Shown: one piece after another, positions 22,545-34,011 of the stretch
Layout: every line of letters starts with the position of its first letter
Position numbering within the stretch: the stretch's first letter is position 1
DNA from: Escherichia coli
GTDB taxonomy: Bacteria > Pseudomonadota > Gammaproteobacteria > Enterobacterales > Enterobacteriaceae
Reading direction: 5' to 3' (one strand)
Assembly: GCF_003334785.1 (NCBI RefSeq)
Contig: NZ_QOWV01000005.1
DNA length: 64,000 nucleotides
The notes under the pieces: generated by a model
What the model was told of the DNA's origin: nothing
The model's input: the letters and a program-made list of their open reading frames with translations, nothing else
Database searches by the model: none
Position numbers and translations under genes: made by a program

Positions 22545-23876
22545 TTACCCTAAATCCGCCATCAACACTTTGGATTTACGCTGGTAGTTGTACAACTGCT
22601 TTTTGCTCTCGGGCAGTAAATCAATATCCACTGGGGTAAATCCACGTTCCTGGAACCAGTGAATACTGCGCGTGGTCAGCACAAACAATTTGCTTAAGCC
22701 GCTCTGCTTCGCCTGAGCGGCAATGCGTTCCAGCAGAACTTCACCCCTTGATGAACTGCGGTAATCCGGGTGAACTGCCACACAGGCCATTTCCCCAATC
22801 TTCTCTTCCGGGAACGGATAGAGCGCGGCGCAGGCAATAGTCGTGTTATCGCGCTGAATAATGGTGAATTTGTCGATTTCCATCTCCAGCTGCTCGCGAG
22901 AACGGCGTACCAGAATACCTTGCTGCTCCAGTGGGCGAATCAACTCCAGAATACCGCCAATATCGTTGATTGTTGCGCGACGAATCTGCTCGGCGCTTTC
23001 CATCACAATCTGCGTACCGATACCGTCGCGTGAGAACAACTCTTGCAACAGCGCGCCATCTTCCTGATAACTGATTAAATGACAGCGACGCACGCCGCTG
23101 CGGCAGGCTTTCACTGCGCCACGCAAAAAGCGCACCGTACCGGAGTTGTAATCGCCTTTCTCTTCCTGGGCTTCTACCCGCGCTTGCGCTTCGTTAGGGA
23201 AAAGTTCGGAGACAATATCACCGTCGTCATTAGTGACGCCCTGGGAAGAGCAAAAACCAATCATCTTTTCAGCTTTCAGTTTGATGGCCAGTTGAGTGGC
23301 AATCTCTTCCGAGGTCAGGTTAAAGCTCTCGCCAGTGACTGAAACAGCGACCGGCCCCATTAGCACTATTGCACCGCTGTCCAGTTGACGATGGATCGCG
23401 TCTTCATCAATCCGCCGGATACGCCCGCTATGGCAGTAATCCACGCCGTCATCGACGCCCAGCGGCTGGGCAATAATAAAATTGCCACTGACGACGTTGA
23501 TATGCGCGCCCTGCAGCGGCGTGTTATTGAGACTCATCGACAGGCGAGCAGTAATATCCAGTTGCAATGTTCCCGCAGCCTGCTTCACCAGTTCCAGTGT
23601 TTTGGCGTCGGTCACACGTATATTCTTGTGATACAGCGGTTCGTGGTGATGCGCAGCCAGATTTGCGTCGATCTGCGGACGTGCGCCATAGACCACCACC
23701 AGACGGATGCCGAGGCTGTGCAACAACCCGATATCATTAACGATACTGGAGAAATTCTCATGCTCAATGGCTTCACCGCCGAGCATGATGACAAACGTTT
23801 TTCCCCGGTGGGTATTGATATAGGGAACCGAATGGCGGAATCCCTCGACCAACTCGGTTTTACGTTCCTTTACCAC
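22545..23876 (-). CDS. argA: Amino-acid N-acetyltransferase (N-acetylglutamate synthase) ArgA
   Basis: Track ORF is 465 aa; start placed at internal GTG ([33 protein letters not shown]) to give the 443-aa ArgA. Confidence 0.93.
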   Translation of the reverse strand: MVKERKTELVEGFRHSVPYINTHRGKTFVIMLGGEAIEHENFSSIVNDIGLLHSLGIRLVVVYGARPQIDANLAAHHHEPLYHKNIRVTDAKTLELVKQAAGTLQLDITARLSMSLNNTPLQGAHINVVSGNFIIAQPLGVDDGVDYCHSGRIRRIDEDAIHRQLDSGAIVLMGPVAVSVTGESFNLTSEEIATQLAIKLKAEKMIGFCSSQGVTNDDGDIVSELFPNEAQARVEAQEEKGDYNSGTVRFLRGAVKACRSGVRRCHLISYQEDGALLQELFSRDGIGTQIVMESAEQIRRATINDIGGILELIRPLEQQGILVRRSREQLEMEIDKFTIIQRDNTTIACAALYPFPEEKIGEMACVAVHPDYRSSSRGEVLLERIAAQAKQSGLSKLFVLTTRSIHWFQERGFTPVDIDLLPESKKQLYNYQRKSKVLMADLG

Positions 23877-24107
23877 GGCACACCTCTTTGCATGATTATT
23901 CGAAATTAGTGTATTTTTATTCTGTTTTTTCGCAGGGTGCAAGTGTAAATTTTATGCGAGAGCGACTTTTTTATCAGTAATGCCGTGAATATAAAAAGAA
24001 TGTTTACCGTTTATTAGATGACAGATTATGCGTCTTTCGCTAAAGTTTCCGGTCAAATTAGTCGTTTACTTGTTACACAGCTTAGATTTCTTTTGCTCGG
24101 GAGAGGC

Positions 24108-25361
24108 ATGTCAGGATCCAACACTGCAATCAGCCGTCGTCGTTTACTGCAAGGCGCGGGTGCCATGTGGCTATTGAGCGTAAGTCAGGTCAGTCTGGCT
24201 GCGGTCAGCCAGGTCGTGGCGGTGCGCGTCTGGCCTGCGTCCAGCTACACCCGCGTGACGGTGGAATCAAATCGTCAGCTGAAATATAAGCAGTTCGCGT
24301 TGAGTAACCCTGAACGCGTGGTGGTGGATATCGAAGATGTAAACCTGAACTCGGTACTCAAGGGGATGGCGGCACAAATTCGTGCAGACGACCCGTTCAT
24401 CAAGTCGGCGCGCGTCGGGCAATTTGACCCGCAAACCGTACGGATGGTTTTTGAATTAAAGCAAAACGTAAAACCGCAGCTGTTTGCCCTTGCGCCGGTC
24501 GCCGGGTTTAAAGAGCGTCTGGTGATGGACCTCTATCCGGCCAATGCACAGGATATGCAGGACCCGCTGCTGGCGCTGCTGGAGGATTACAACAAAGGCG
24601 ACCTCGAAAAGCAGGTGCCGCCAGCGCAAAGTGGTCCACAACCGGGTAAAGCAGGGCGCGATCGTCCGATTGTCATTATGCTTGACCCTGGCCACGGTGG
24701 CGAAGACTCCGGTGCGGTGGGGAAATACAAAACGCGCGAAAAAGATGTGGTATTGCAAATAGCTCGCCGTTTGCGCTCTCTGATCGAGAAAGAGGGCAAT
24801 ATGAAGGTGTACATGACGCGCAATGAAGACATCTTCATTCCATTGCAAGTGCGCGTAGCAAAAGCCCAGAAACAGCGTGCTGACCTGTTTGTCTCTATCC
24901 ATGCCGACGCCTTTACCAGTCGTCAGCCGAGCGGTTCCTCTGTGTTTGCGCTCTCAACCAAAGGTGCAACCAGTACTGCGGCAAAATATCTGGCACAAAC
25001 CCAGAACGCCTCGGACTTGATTGGTGGCGTGAGCAAAAGCGGTGACCGCTATGTCGACCACACCATGTTCGATATGGTACAGTCGCTGACCATTGCCGAC
25101 AGCCTGAAGTTTGGTAAAGCGGTACTGAATAAGCTCGGTAAAATCAACAAGCTGCATAAAAATCAAGTTGAACAGGCCGGGTTTGCCGTACTAAAGGCAC
25201 CAGATATTCCCTCCATTCTGGTCGAAACGGCGTTTATCAGTAACGTTGAGGAAGAGCGTAAACTGAAAACGGCGACTTTCCAGCAGGAAGTTGCGGAGTC
25301 TATTCTTGCGGGGATTAAAGCGTATTTTGCCGATGGGGCGACGCTGGCGAGAAGGGGATGA
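24108..25361 (+). CDS. amiC: N-acetylmuramoyl-L-alanine amidase AmiC (Tat-exported)
   Basis: Start at Met of [23 protein letters not shown] (twin-arginine signal), 417 aa; the track ORF carries a 30-codon upstream extension. Confidence 0.94.
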
Positions 25362-25362
25362 T

Positions 25363-25389
25363 AAAAAGGCGCTGAATGGCGCTTTTTTA
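25363..25389. terminator. Hairpin terminator downstream of amiC
   Basis: A-tract, GCGC stem with TGAATG loop, then T-tract (AAAAAGGCGCTGAATGGCGCTTTTTT). Confidence 0.55.
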
Positions 25390-25434
25390 TGGGAGACCAG
25401 AAACAAAAAAACACCCGTTAGGGTGTTCAATAAT

Positions 25435-25511
<77 letters not shown>

Positions 25512-25719
25512 TCCGTGGATGCGCACTATACTCCGCTCGCGTTTTCATGCAACCTTTTTTTTACCCCGATCACGGATTTGGCATGATTTTGAACAAAAAC
25601 AAATCACTAAAGCCTATTTTTTGTGCAAAATTTGCGTCAGGGAGAGGCTGCTCATTTCATTAAACGCGGCGGTTTGTTATCTTCGTTGCGCCTTATTTTT
25701 TAACCTGAAGAAGAGAACA

Positions 25720-26817
25720 ATGAAAGGACGTTGGGTAAAGTACCTTCTTATGGGCACGGTTGTGGCAATGCTTGCCGCCTGCTCTTCCAAACCAACCGAT
25801 CGCGGACAGCAATATAAAGACGGGAAATTTACCCAGCCTTTCTCTCTGGTGAACCAGCCAGATGCCGTTGGCGCGCCGATTAACGCCGGTGATTTTGCCG
25901 AGCAAATTAACCATATCCGTAATTCGTCACCGCGTCTGTATGGCAACCAGAGTAATGTTTATAACGCGGTGCAAGAGTGGCTGCGCGCAGGCGGTGATAC
26001 CCGCAATATGCGCCAGTTCGGCATTGATGCCTGGCAGATGGAAGGTGCCGACAACTATGGTAACGTGCAGTTTACCGGTTATTACACGCCGGTAATTCAG
26101 GCGCGCCATACCCGCCAGGGCGAGTTCCAGTATCCTATTTACCGTATGCCGCCAAAACGTGGTCGTCTGCCGTCTCGTGCGGAGATCTACGCGGGGGCAT
26201 TGAGTGATAAATATATTCTCGCTTACAGTAACTCCCTGATGGATAACTTCATTATGGATGTGCAGGGTAGTGGGTATATCGACTTTGGTGATGGCAGTCC
26301 GCTTAACTTTTTCAGCTATGCAGGGAAAAACGGTCATGCCTATCGCAGCATTGGTAAGGTGCTGATCGACCGTGGCGAAGTGAAAAAAGAAGATATGTCG
26401 ATGCAGGCGATTCGTCACTGGGGCGAAACACACAGTGAAGCCGAGGTTCGCGAGCTGCTGGAACAGAACCCGTCTTTCGTCTTCTTTAAACCGCAATCTT
26501 TTGCTCCGGTGAAAGGGGCAAGTGCGGTGCCGCTGGTTGGTCGCGCGTCAGTTGCCTCTGATCGTTCCATTATTCCGCCAGGTACTACCTTGCTGGCAGA
26601 AGTGCCGTTGCTGGATAATAACGGCAAATTTAATGGTCAGTACGAACTGCGTCTGATGGTGGCGCTGGATGTCGGTGGTGCAATCAAAGGCCAACACTTC
26701 GATATCTATCAAGGGATCGGGCCGGAAGCCGGACACCGCGCAGGTTGGTACAACCACTATGGACGTGTCTGGGTGCTGAAAACCGCCCCGGGCGCAGGTA
26801 ACGTCTTTAGCGGCTGA
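25720..26817 (+). CDS. mltA: Membrane-bound lytic murein transglycosylase A (lipoprotein)
   Basis: Start at Met MKGRWVKYLLMGTVVAMLAACSS (lipobox), 365 aa; the track ORF 25291-26817 is an artefactual upstream extension that reads through the tRNA gene. Confidence 0.94.
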   Translation: MKGRWVKYLLMGTVVAMLAACSSKPTDRGQQYKDGKFTQPFSLVNQPDAVGAPINAGDFAEQINHIRNSSPRLYGNQSNVYNAVQEWLRAGGDTRNMRQFGIDAWQMEGADNYGNVQFTGYYTPVIQARHTRQGEFQYPIYRMPPKRGRLPSRAEIYAGALSDKYILAYSNSLMDNFIMDVQGSGYIDFGDGSPLNFFSYAGKNGHAYRSIGKVLIDRGEVKKEDMSMQAIRHWGETHSEAEVRELLEQNPSFVFFKPQSFAPVKGASAVPLVGRASVASDRSIIPPGTTLLAEVPLLDNNGKFNGQYELRLMVALDVGGAIKGQHFDIYQGIGPEAGHRAGWYNHYGRVWVLKTAPGAGNVFSG

Positions 26818-26905
26818 TGTGATATTCTGTATGCCGTTTTTACGGATATGACAGGGTGAGGGGTAACCTCACATCCTGATTATTGACTAAGTGCGCGTTG
26901 TTCAT

Positions 26906-27003
26906 GCCGGATGCGGCGTGAACGCCTTATCCGGCCTACAAATCATGCAAATCCAAAATATTGCAGGAGTTATGTAGGCCTGATAAGCGTAGCGCATCAG
27001 GCA
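26906..27003. repeat. BIME: two inverted REP elements
   Basis: GCCGGATGCGGCGTGAACGCCTTATCCGGCCTACA and TGTAGGCCTGATAAGCGTAGCGCATCAGGCA in inverted orientation in the mltA-tcdA spacer. Confidence 0.75.
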
Positions 27004-27055
27004 TTTATGCGTTTAGGGTGAGGGATAACCTCGCCCTTTTTAATTCTGAGGTGCT

Positions 27056-27862
27056 ATGTCTGTGGTAATTAGTGATGCATGGCGTCAGCGTTTTGGTGGC
27101 ACAGCGCGTCTGTATGGTGAAAAAGCGTTGCAACTGTTTGCTGACGCGCATATTTGTGTGGTTGGTATCGGTGGTGTCGGTTCCTGGGCGGCGGAAGCGC
27201 TGGCGCGCACGGGGATTGGCGCAATCACGCTTATCGATATGGATGATGTGTGCGTCACCAATACCAATCGGCAAATTCATGCCCTGCGCGATAACGTTGG
27301 GCTGGCAAAAGCGGAAGTTATGGCGGAGCGTATTCGCCAGATTAACCCGGAGTGCCGTGTAACGGTGGTGGATGATTTCGTGACGCCGGATAACGTAGCG
27401 CAGTATATGAGCGTGGGTTATTCGTACGTGATTGATGCCATTGATAGTGTACGGCCCAAAGCGGCGCTGATTGCTTATTGTCGGCGCAATAAAATCCCAC
27501 TGGTCACAACCGGTGGCGCGGGTGGGCAGATTGATCCGACGCAGATTCAGGTTACCGATCTGGCGAAAACGATTCAGGACCCGCTGGCGGCGAAGTTGCG
27601 CGAGCGCCTGAAAAGCGATTTTGGCGTAGTGAAAAACAGTAAAGGTAAGCTCGGCGTGGATTGCGTGTTTTCTACTGAAGCGCTGGTGTACCCGCAGTCA
27701 GACGGTACGGTGTGTGCGATGAAAGCCACGGCAGAAGGGCCGAAGCGGATGGATTGTGCATCTGGATTTGGCGCGGCAACGATGGTGACCGCCACCTTTG
27801 GGTTTGTTGCGGTTTCTCATGCGCTGAAGAAGATGATGGCGAAAGCGGCGCGTCAGGGTTAA
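27056..27862 (+). CDS. tcdA: tRNA threonylcarbamoyladenosine dehydratase TcdA (CsdL), ThiF/MoeB-like E1 fold
   Basis: 268-aa ORF with Rossmann motif ICVVGIGGVGSWAAEALARTGIG. Confidence 0.93.
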   Translation: MSVVISDAWRQRFGGTARLYGEKALQLFADAHICVVGIGGVGSWAAEALARTGIGAITLIDMDDVCVTNTNRQIHALRDNVGLAKAEVMAERIRQINPECRVTVVDDFVTPDNVAQYMSVGYSYVIDAIDSVRPKAALIAYCRRNKIPLVTTGGAGGQIDPTQIQVTDLAKTIQDPLAAKLRERLKSDFGVVKNSKGKLGVDCVFSTEALVYPQSDGTVCAMKATAEGPKRMDCASGFGAATMVTATFGFVAVSHALKKMMAKAARQG

Positions 27863-27912
27863 ACAATCAGGTCGGATGAGACGCGAACGTCTTATCCGAC
27901 CCGGTTCTGTGC

Positions 27913-28356
27913 TTAAACCTGCTTCGTCGCAGCGATAATCGCCTCGCTTAACGCATTTAACCCCTGGCTGCGTGAGGCGCTAAGCTGCGCACGTAATCCC
28001 AGCTCATCAAACAATGCCAGTGGTGACTGTGCCTGCAACTCGGCGGCGGTTTTCCCCTCAACGGCAGTCAACAACACCGCCAGCAGGCCGCGCACAATGC
28101 GCCCTTCGCTGTCGCCAAAGAAATGCATTTTGCCGTTTTCAGCCACTGTATATCCCAGCCAGACGCGGTTTTCGCATCCGGCAATCTCTTTAGCCTGCGC
28201 TTTTAACTCGTCTGGCAATGCCGGAAGCTGTTTCCCCAGCATGATCAACTGGCGATATTTATCTTCCCATTGCGTCAACGGTGCGAAGGTATTGCGTAAC
28301 GTTTCTGCGGTTACGGTTGTGCCGAACGGATGTCCGGCGAATTGCGGGTTTGTCAT
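27913..28356 (-). CDS. csdE: Sulfur acceptor protein CsdE (SufE-like)
   Basis: 147-aa ORF directly downstream of csdA; start codon shares a base with the csdA stop. Confidence 0.92.
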
Positions 28357-29561
28357 TAATCCACCAATAATTCCAGCGCGCGGTCAACGGCATTCACCAG
28401 CGCATCCACATCACTCTTTGTATTATATGGCGCAAAAGAGGCGCGCAGTGTGCCGGTTACGCCTAATTCTGCCAGTAGCGGCTGAGCGCAATGCTGCCCG
28501 GCCCGCAGGGCAATACCGTACTCCGCCAGCAGCGTCACCATATCGCTATGATGAACGCCAGCAAAATCAAAGGCCAGCAGGCTGGAATCCTGGCAGCGGA
28601 ATGAACGAAAGCCGGGACGTTTCGCCAGCGCATCTTCCGCCAGCGTTGCTAAGCTACGGCTCCAGCTTTCGGCCTGGTTGATATCGTAATCTGCCAGCCA
28701 TTCCAGCGCCGCGCTTAATCCTATGACACCAGCGACATTTGGCGTTCCAGCTTCCAGTTTCCACGGCGCAGATTGAGTCGTGAAGCCGTCAAAACTCACT
28801 TCGTGAACCATTTTGCCGCCGCCCAGCCAGGGCGACATCGCCTCCAGCAGTTCTGATTTACCATACAGCACGCCGATACCTGTCGGGCCATACAGTTTGT
28901 GACCTGAAAAAGCATAGAAATCAATATCCAGTTGCTGAACATCCGCGGGGAAATGCACTGCCCCCTGAGCACCATCAACCATCACCACCATCCCGGCTGA
29001 ATGAGCAAAGGTAATCGCTCGCGCCAGATCCGGGCAACCGCCAGTAACGTTCGACATCTGACCCAACGCCAGAATCCGACTACGGGGAGTAATCAGTTCT
29101 GGCAACAAATCGACATCCGGCAGTCGCTGCGCATTAAGCGGCAATTTCACCACTTTGGCTCCAGTTTGTTGGGCGACCATCAGCCAGGGGACGAGGTTGG
29201 CGTGGTGTTCTGCCACGCTGACAATAATCTCATCGCCCGGTTGCAGACGCGGACGCGCATAGCATTGTGCCACCATGTTGATGGATTCAGTGGTGCCGCG
29301 CGTCCAGACGATAGTTTTATCATCCGGTGCATTCAGTAATTGCGCCACTTTCTCTCGTGCAGCTTCATAACGCGCGGTCAGGCGTTGGGCTTCGGCAAAC
29401 TGGCTGCGATGGACGTTTCCGGCGCTCAGACTGTAAAACTGTTGGGTGGCTTCAACCACGGCTTCAGGTTTAAGCGCGGTCGCGGCGCTGTCGAGATAGA
29501 CGCCCGCATCCTGTAGTGCGGGAAACTGGGCGCGAAACTGCGCGGGATTAAAAACGTTCAT
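28356..29561 (-). CDS. csdA: Cysteine desulfurase CsdA (PLP-dependent class V aminotransferase)
   Basis: Start at Met [35 protein letters not shown], 401 aa; the track ORF is 12 codons longer. Confidence 0.94.
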
Positions 29562-29752
29562 GGTACTCCTCGGCTTGATGCACCGATCGTGACGCAAAAT
29601 TCACTTTGATACAAGGAGAGTGCTAACCATCAGAATTATCTGGATATCCTGGCGAAGCCGCGTAAGTAACATATGCTGAATAGTGTTAGGCGTTAATTTT
29701 AGCCTGTTAATCAATACTATTAAGATTTATTAATCGCTTTAAGGAGAAGATG

Positions 29753-29980
29753 ATGAAAAAGACTGCCGCAATTATTTCTGCCTGTATGCTGACTTTTGCC
29801 CTGAGCGCCTGTTCCGGTTCGAACTATGTGATGCACACCAATGACGGACGTACCATCGTCTCTGACGGCAAACCACAGACTGATAACGATACCGGTATGA
29901 TTTCGTATAAAGACGCTAATGGCAACAAACAGCAGATCAACCGTACTGACGTGAAAGAGATGGTCGAACTGGATCAGTAA
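29753..29980 (+). CDS. ygdI: Small lipoprotein YgdI (DUF903), paralog of YgdR
   Basis: 75 aa from second Met ([20 protein letters not shown] lipobox); about half the residues identical to YgdR across the mature domain. Confidence 0.9.
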   Translation: MKKTAAIISACMLTFALSACSGSNYVMHTNDGRTIVSDGKPQTDNDTGMISYKDANGNKQQINRTDVKEMVELDQ

Positions 29981-29996
29981 TTCGCGATCGCAAGGT

Positions 29997-30202
29997 AAAA
30001 AAAAGCACCGCAATTAGGCGGTGCTACATTAATCACTATGGACAGACAGGGTAAATGTACAGGAAGTGAAAAAAGGTAGCTTTGCTACCATGGTCTGAAT
30101 CGCAGACCAATTGCAAACACAACAACACAACATCACAACCGTAAGCCAAAAGTTCACCAGAACACGCATTCCGATAAAACTTTTCGTTCCGGCTCAGGAA
30201 GT
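29997..30202 (-). ncRNA. gcvB: GcvB small regulatory RNA
   Basis: Minus-strand sequence ACTTCCTGAGCCGGAACGAAAAGTTTTATCGGAATGCGTGTTCTGGTGAAC...; GU-rich region GTTGTGATGTTGTGTTGTTGTG; terminator GCACCGCCTAATTGCGGTGC + T-run; divergent from gcvA. Confidence 0.93.
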
Positions 30203-30330
30203 GCCGCCACTATAGGTATTTGCTGGTAGAAGCTCAACGGACAATTTATAATGGCTAAGATTAAAAAAACTAATAGGTTACATAGTGTGATCTAATTGTT
30301 AAATTCATTTAACATCAAAGTTTAATAGCC
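30203..30330. promoter_or_regulatory. Divergent gcvB / gcvA promoter-operator region
   Basis: Spacer between the gcvB 5' end and gcvA start; candidate TATAGT -10 for gcvB just upstream of its +1; GcvA auto-regulatory sites are expected here from established knowledge. Confidence 0.55.
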
Positions 30331-31248
30331 ATGTCTAAACGATTACCACCGCTAAATGCCTTACGAGTTTTTGATGCCGCAGCACGCCATTTAAGTTTCA
30401 CTCGCGCAGCAGAAGAGCTTTTTGTGACCCAAGCCGCAGTAAGTCATCAAATCAAGTCTCTTGAGGATTTTTTGGGGCTAAAACTGTTCCGCCGCCGTAA
30501 TCGTTCACTCCTGCTGACCGAGGAAGGGCAAAGCTATTTCCTCGATATCAAAGAGATATTTTCGCAATTAACCGAAGCGACGCGTAAACTCCAGGCCCGT
30601 AGCGCCAAGGGGGCGTTGACGGTCAGTTTACTCCCCAGTTTCGCCATTCATTGGTTGGTTCCGCGACTTTCCAGCTTTAATTCAGCTTATCCGGGAATTG
30701 ACGTTCGAATCCAGGCGGTTGATCGTCAGGAAGATAAGCTGGCGGATGATGTTGATGTGGCGATATTTTATGGTCGGGGCAACTGGCCGGGGCTACGGGT
30801 GGAAAAACTGTACGCCGAATATTTATTGCCGGTGTGTTCGCCGCTACTGCTGACTGGCGAAAAACCCTTGAAGACACCGGAAGATCTGGCTAAACATACG
30901 TTATTACATGATGCTTCGCGCCGTGACTGGCAGACATATACCCGACAGTTGGGGTTAAATCATATCAACGTTCAGCAAGGGCCAATTTTTAGCCATAGCG
31001 CCATGGTGCTGCAAGCGGCTATCCACGGGCAGGGAGTGGCGCTGGCAAATAACGTGATGGCGCAATCTGAAATCGAGGCCGGACGTCTTGTTTGCCCGTT
31101 TAATGATGTTCTGGTCAGTAAAAATGCTTTTTATCTGGTTTGTCATGACAGTCAGGCAGAACTGGGTAAAATAGCCGCCTTTCGCCAATGGATCCTGGCG
31201 AAAGCCGCTGCTGAACAAGAAAAATTCCGCTTTCGTTATGAACAATAA
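30331..31248 (+). CDS. gcvA: LysR-family glycine-cleavage regulator GcvA
   Basis: 305-aa ORF with N-terminal LysR HTH (LPPLNALRVFDAAARHLSFTRAAEELFVTQAAVSHQIKSLE). Confidence 0.96.
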   Translation: MSKRLPPLNALRVFDAAARHLSFTRAAEELFVTQAAVSHQIKSLEDFLGLKLFRRRNRSLLLTEEGQSYFLDIKEIFSQLTEATRKLQARSAKGALTVSLLPSFAIHWLVPRLSSFNSAYPGIDVRIQAVDRQEDKLADDVDVAIFYGRGNWPGLRVEKLYAEYLLPVCSPLLLTGEKPLKTPEDLAKHTLLHDASRRDWQTYTRQLGLNHINVQQGPIFSHSAMVLQAAIHGQGVALANNVMAQSEIEAGRLVCPFNDVLVSKNAFYLVCHDSQAELGKIAAFRQWILAKAAAEQEKFRFRYEQ

Positions 31249-31266
31249 TTTACGTAGGGTACGACC

Positions 31267-31662
31267 ATGACCAGCCGTTTTATGCTGATTTTCGCCGCCA
31301 TTAGCGGCTTCATTTTTGTGGCTCTGGGCGCTTTTGGCGCGCATGTGTTAAGTAAAACCATGGGGGCCGTTGAGATGGGCTGGATCCAGACCGGCCTCGA
31401 ATACCAGGCGTTTCATACGCTGGCGATCTTAGGTCTGGCGGTGGCAATGCAGCGTCGCATCAGTATCTGGTTTTACTGGAGTAGCGTTTTCCTCGCGTTA
31501 GGCACGGTGTTGTTCAGCGGCAGCCTTTATTGCCTGGCGCTGTCCCATCTGCGTTTGTGGGCGTTTGTCACTCCGGTTGGCGGCGTGAGCTTCCTCGCGG
31601 GCTGGGCGTTAATGTTAGTTGGTGCTATCCGTTTAAAGCGCAAGGGCGTAAGTCATGAATAA
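31267..31662 (+). CDS. ygdD: Inner membrane protein YgdD (DUF423)
   Basis: 131-aa ORF with four hydrophobic segments; overlaps rlmM start by 8 nt. Confidence 0.88.
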
Positions 31663-32755
31663 GGTTGTATTGCTGTGCCGTCCGGGCTTTGAAAAAGAGT
31701 GCGCCGCAGAAATTACCGATAAAGCCGGCCAGCGGGAAATTTTCGGTTTTGCCCGCGTGAAAGAGAATGCGGGTTATGTCATTTATGAATGTTATCAACC
31801 TGATGATGGCGATAAGTTAATCCGTGAGCTGCCGTTCAGTTCATTAATTTTTGCCCGCCAGTGGTTTGTGGTGGGGGAACTCCTGCAGCATTTGCCGCCA
31901 GAAGATCGTATTACCCCCATTGTCGGCATGTTACAGGGCGTAGTAGAGAAGGGCGGTGAACTGCGTGTTGAAGTTGCCGATACCAACGAAAGCAAAGAGT
32001 TACTGAAATTCTGCCGTAAATTTACTGTTCCGCTACGCGCTGCCTTGCGCGATGCCGGGGTGCTGGCGAACTATGAAACGCCGAAGCGTCCGGTTGTGCA
32101 TGTATTCTTTATTGCACCAGGCTGCTGCTATACCGGTTACTCATACAGCAACAATAATTCGCCGTTCTATATGGGCATTCCGCGCCTGAAATTTCCGGCA
32201 GATGCGCCGAGTCGTTCCACGCTCAAACTGGAAGAGGCATTTCATGTGTTTATTCCTGCGGATGAGTGGGATGAACGCCTGGCGAACGGGATGTGGGCGG
32301 TGGATTTAGGCGCTTGCCCTGGCGGCTGGACCTACCAACTGGTGAAGCGCAACATGTGGGTTTATTCCGTCGACAACGGCCCGATGGCGCAAAGTCTGAT
32401 GGATACCGGACAGGTGACGTGGCTGCGGGAAGACGGTTTCAAATTCCGTCCGACGCGCAGCAATATCTCCTGGATGGTATGCGATATGGTTGAAAAACCG
32501 GCGAAAGTTGCGGCATTGATGGCGCAGTGGCTGGTTAATGGCTGGTGCCGTGAAACCATTTTCAACCTCAAACTGCCGATGAAAAAACGCTACGAAGAAG
32601 TGTCACACAATCTGGCGTATATTCAGGCACAGCTTGATGAACATGGCATAAATGCTCAGATTCAGGCGCGGCAGTTGTATCACGATCGCGAAGAAGTGAC
32701 GGTGCACGTCCGCCGCATCTGGGCTGCGGTGGGTGGTCGTCGCGACGAGCGATAA
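31655..32755 (+). CDS. rlmM: 23S rRNA (cytidine2498-2'-O)-methyltransferase RlmM
   Basis: 366-aa ORF starting [25 protein letters not shown]; length and synteny match RlmM (YgdE). Confidence 0.92.
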
Positions 32756-32798
32756 CAGGCAAGGCCGGGGCGTCGTCTCCGGCCTGCTACCCTTTCCG

Positions 32799-33530
32799 TC
32801 AGGCTGTTACCAAAGAAGTTGCAACCTGGCGCTCATCAGAAATAATGTGCGTTACCTCATCCAGATGCCCGATGCGGGCTTCCCCTGAACGATTAAATTT
32901 ACTTTTATCAATCAATAACAACGATTGCGCGGCACGTTTTAATAGCATCGATTTGTAATCAGCGTTGATCGCATTGGAGTCCCACAGTGCGCCGCTGCTA
33001 TCGATCCCTTCACAAGAAAAAATAAACAGATCGATTTCCAGCGATTTAAGTTGGGAAATCAGCGAGGGATTGACGTAACAGCCATATTTGCGCTCAAGTG
33101 TGCCGCCGGAACTGATCAGTTGAATGCGTTCGCGTTTACCGAGTTCATGGCAAATCGGATGGCTATTGGTGAAGACCTGAATGTTGATGTCAGGCAACTG
33201 GCGTGCCAGATACCAGCAAGTTGAACTGGCGTCTAAGGCTATCACCATCCCTTCTTCAATCCACGCGAGCGCCTCGCGCGCGATATCTGCTTTATGCGCA
33301 TAATGGCTTTTCAGCCTGATGTGAAAGGGATCGCCACTGTCTTGATTTTGACGGTGGATATATTTAGCGCGTCCATGATTGCGCAGAATTTTACCCTGCG
33401 TCTGTAATTCATTGAGATCGCGACGAATGGTTTCTTTACTGACCTTTAGCTGTTCAGAGAGAGCTTCCGTGGTCAGGCTGGTATGGTTCAGCAGCAGGTC
33501 GACTATCGCTTGCTGGCGTGCCGCTTTCAT
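32799..33530 (-). CDS. fucR: DeoR-family L-fucose operon activator FucR
   Basis: Start at second Met (MKAARQQAIVDLLLNHTSLTTEALSEQLKVSKETIRRDL, HTH) giving 243 aa. Confidence 0.93.
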   Translation of the reverse strand: MKAARQQAIVDLLLNHTSLTTEALSEQLKVSKETIRRDLNELQTQGKILRNHGRAKYIHRQNQDSGDPFHIRLKSHYAHKADIAREALAWIEEGMVIALDASSTCWYLARQLPDINIQVFTNSHPICHELGKRERIQLISSGGTLERKYGCYVNPSLISQLKSLEIDLFIFSCEGIDSSGALWDSNAINADYKSMLLKRAAQSLLLIDKSKFNRSGEARIGHLDEVTHIISDERQVATSLVTA

Positions 33531-33587
33531 ATTTTTCACCCCATCATTCGATAACCGCCCGCGTCATGCGGGCGTACCGGTATGAGA

Positions 33588-34010
33588 TTACGGTGTTACC
33601 CCTTTTTTTAAAAGAATATTCCCGTACTTCGCTCGTTCGCCTGTGATAACGATCGCAAAGGCTTTTTGCGCCCGTTCATAAAACGCAAAACGATTGATGC
33701 GGATGATGTCAGGACACGGGGCTTGTAGTGAAAGCGCATTACGGTAACGTCGTTCTACTTCAGGATCGAGAGTGTCACCTTCTACCGCCGCCATCATCAC
33801 CAGCGGCGGTGCATAACTGTCCAGTTCAAATAACGGGATAATCGCCTGGAGCAAGTCGCTCACCAACAGGCCATCAGCGCGGATCACCTGCGGTCCCATC
33901 GAATGGGCGGGAAAGTGAGCATCGGAAAAAATAATTTCATCTCCATGTCCCATCTCTGCCAGCACTTTCAATAGTTCGGGAGAAATTAACGGCGAAATTG
34001 TTTTCAGCAT
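33588..34010 (-). CDS. fucU: L-fucose mutarotase FucU
   Basis: 140-aa ORF (RbsD/FucU family) immediately downstream of fucK. Confidence 0.93.
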
Positions 34011-34011
34011 T

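Noticed and set aside
23385-23909. 174-aa plus-strand ORF
   Set aside because: Antisense to argA.
25927-26496. 189-aa minus-strand ORF
   Set aside because: Antisense to mltA; no supporting features.
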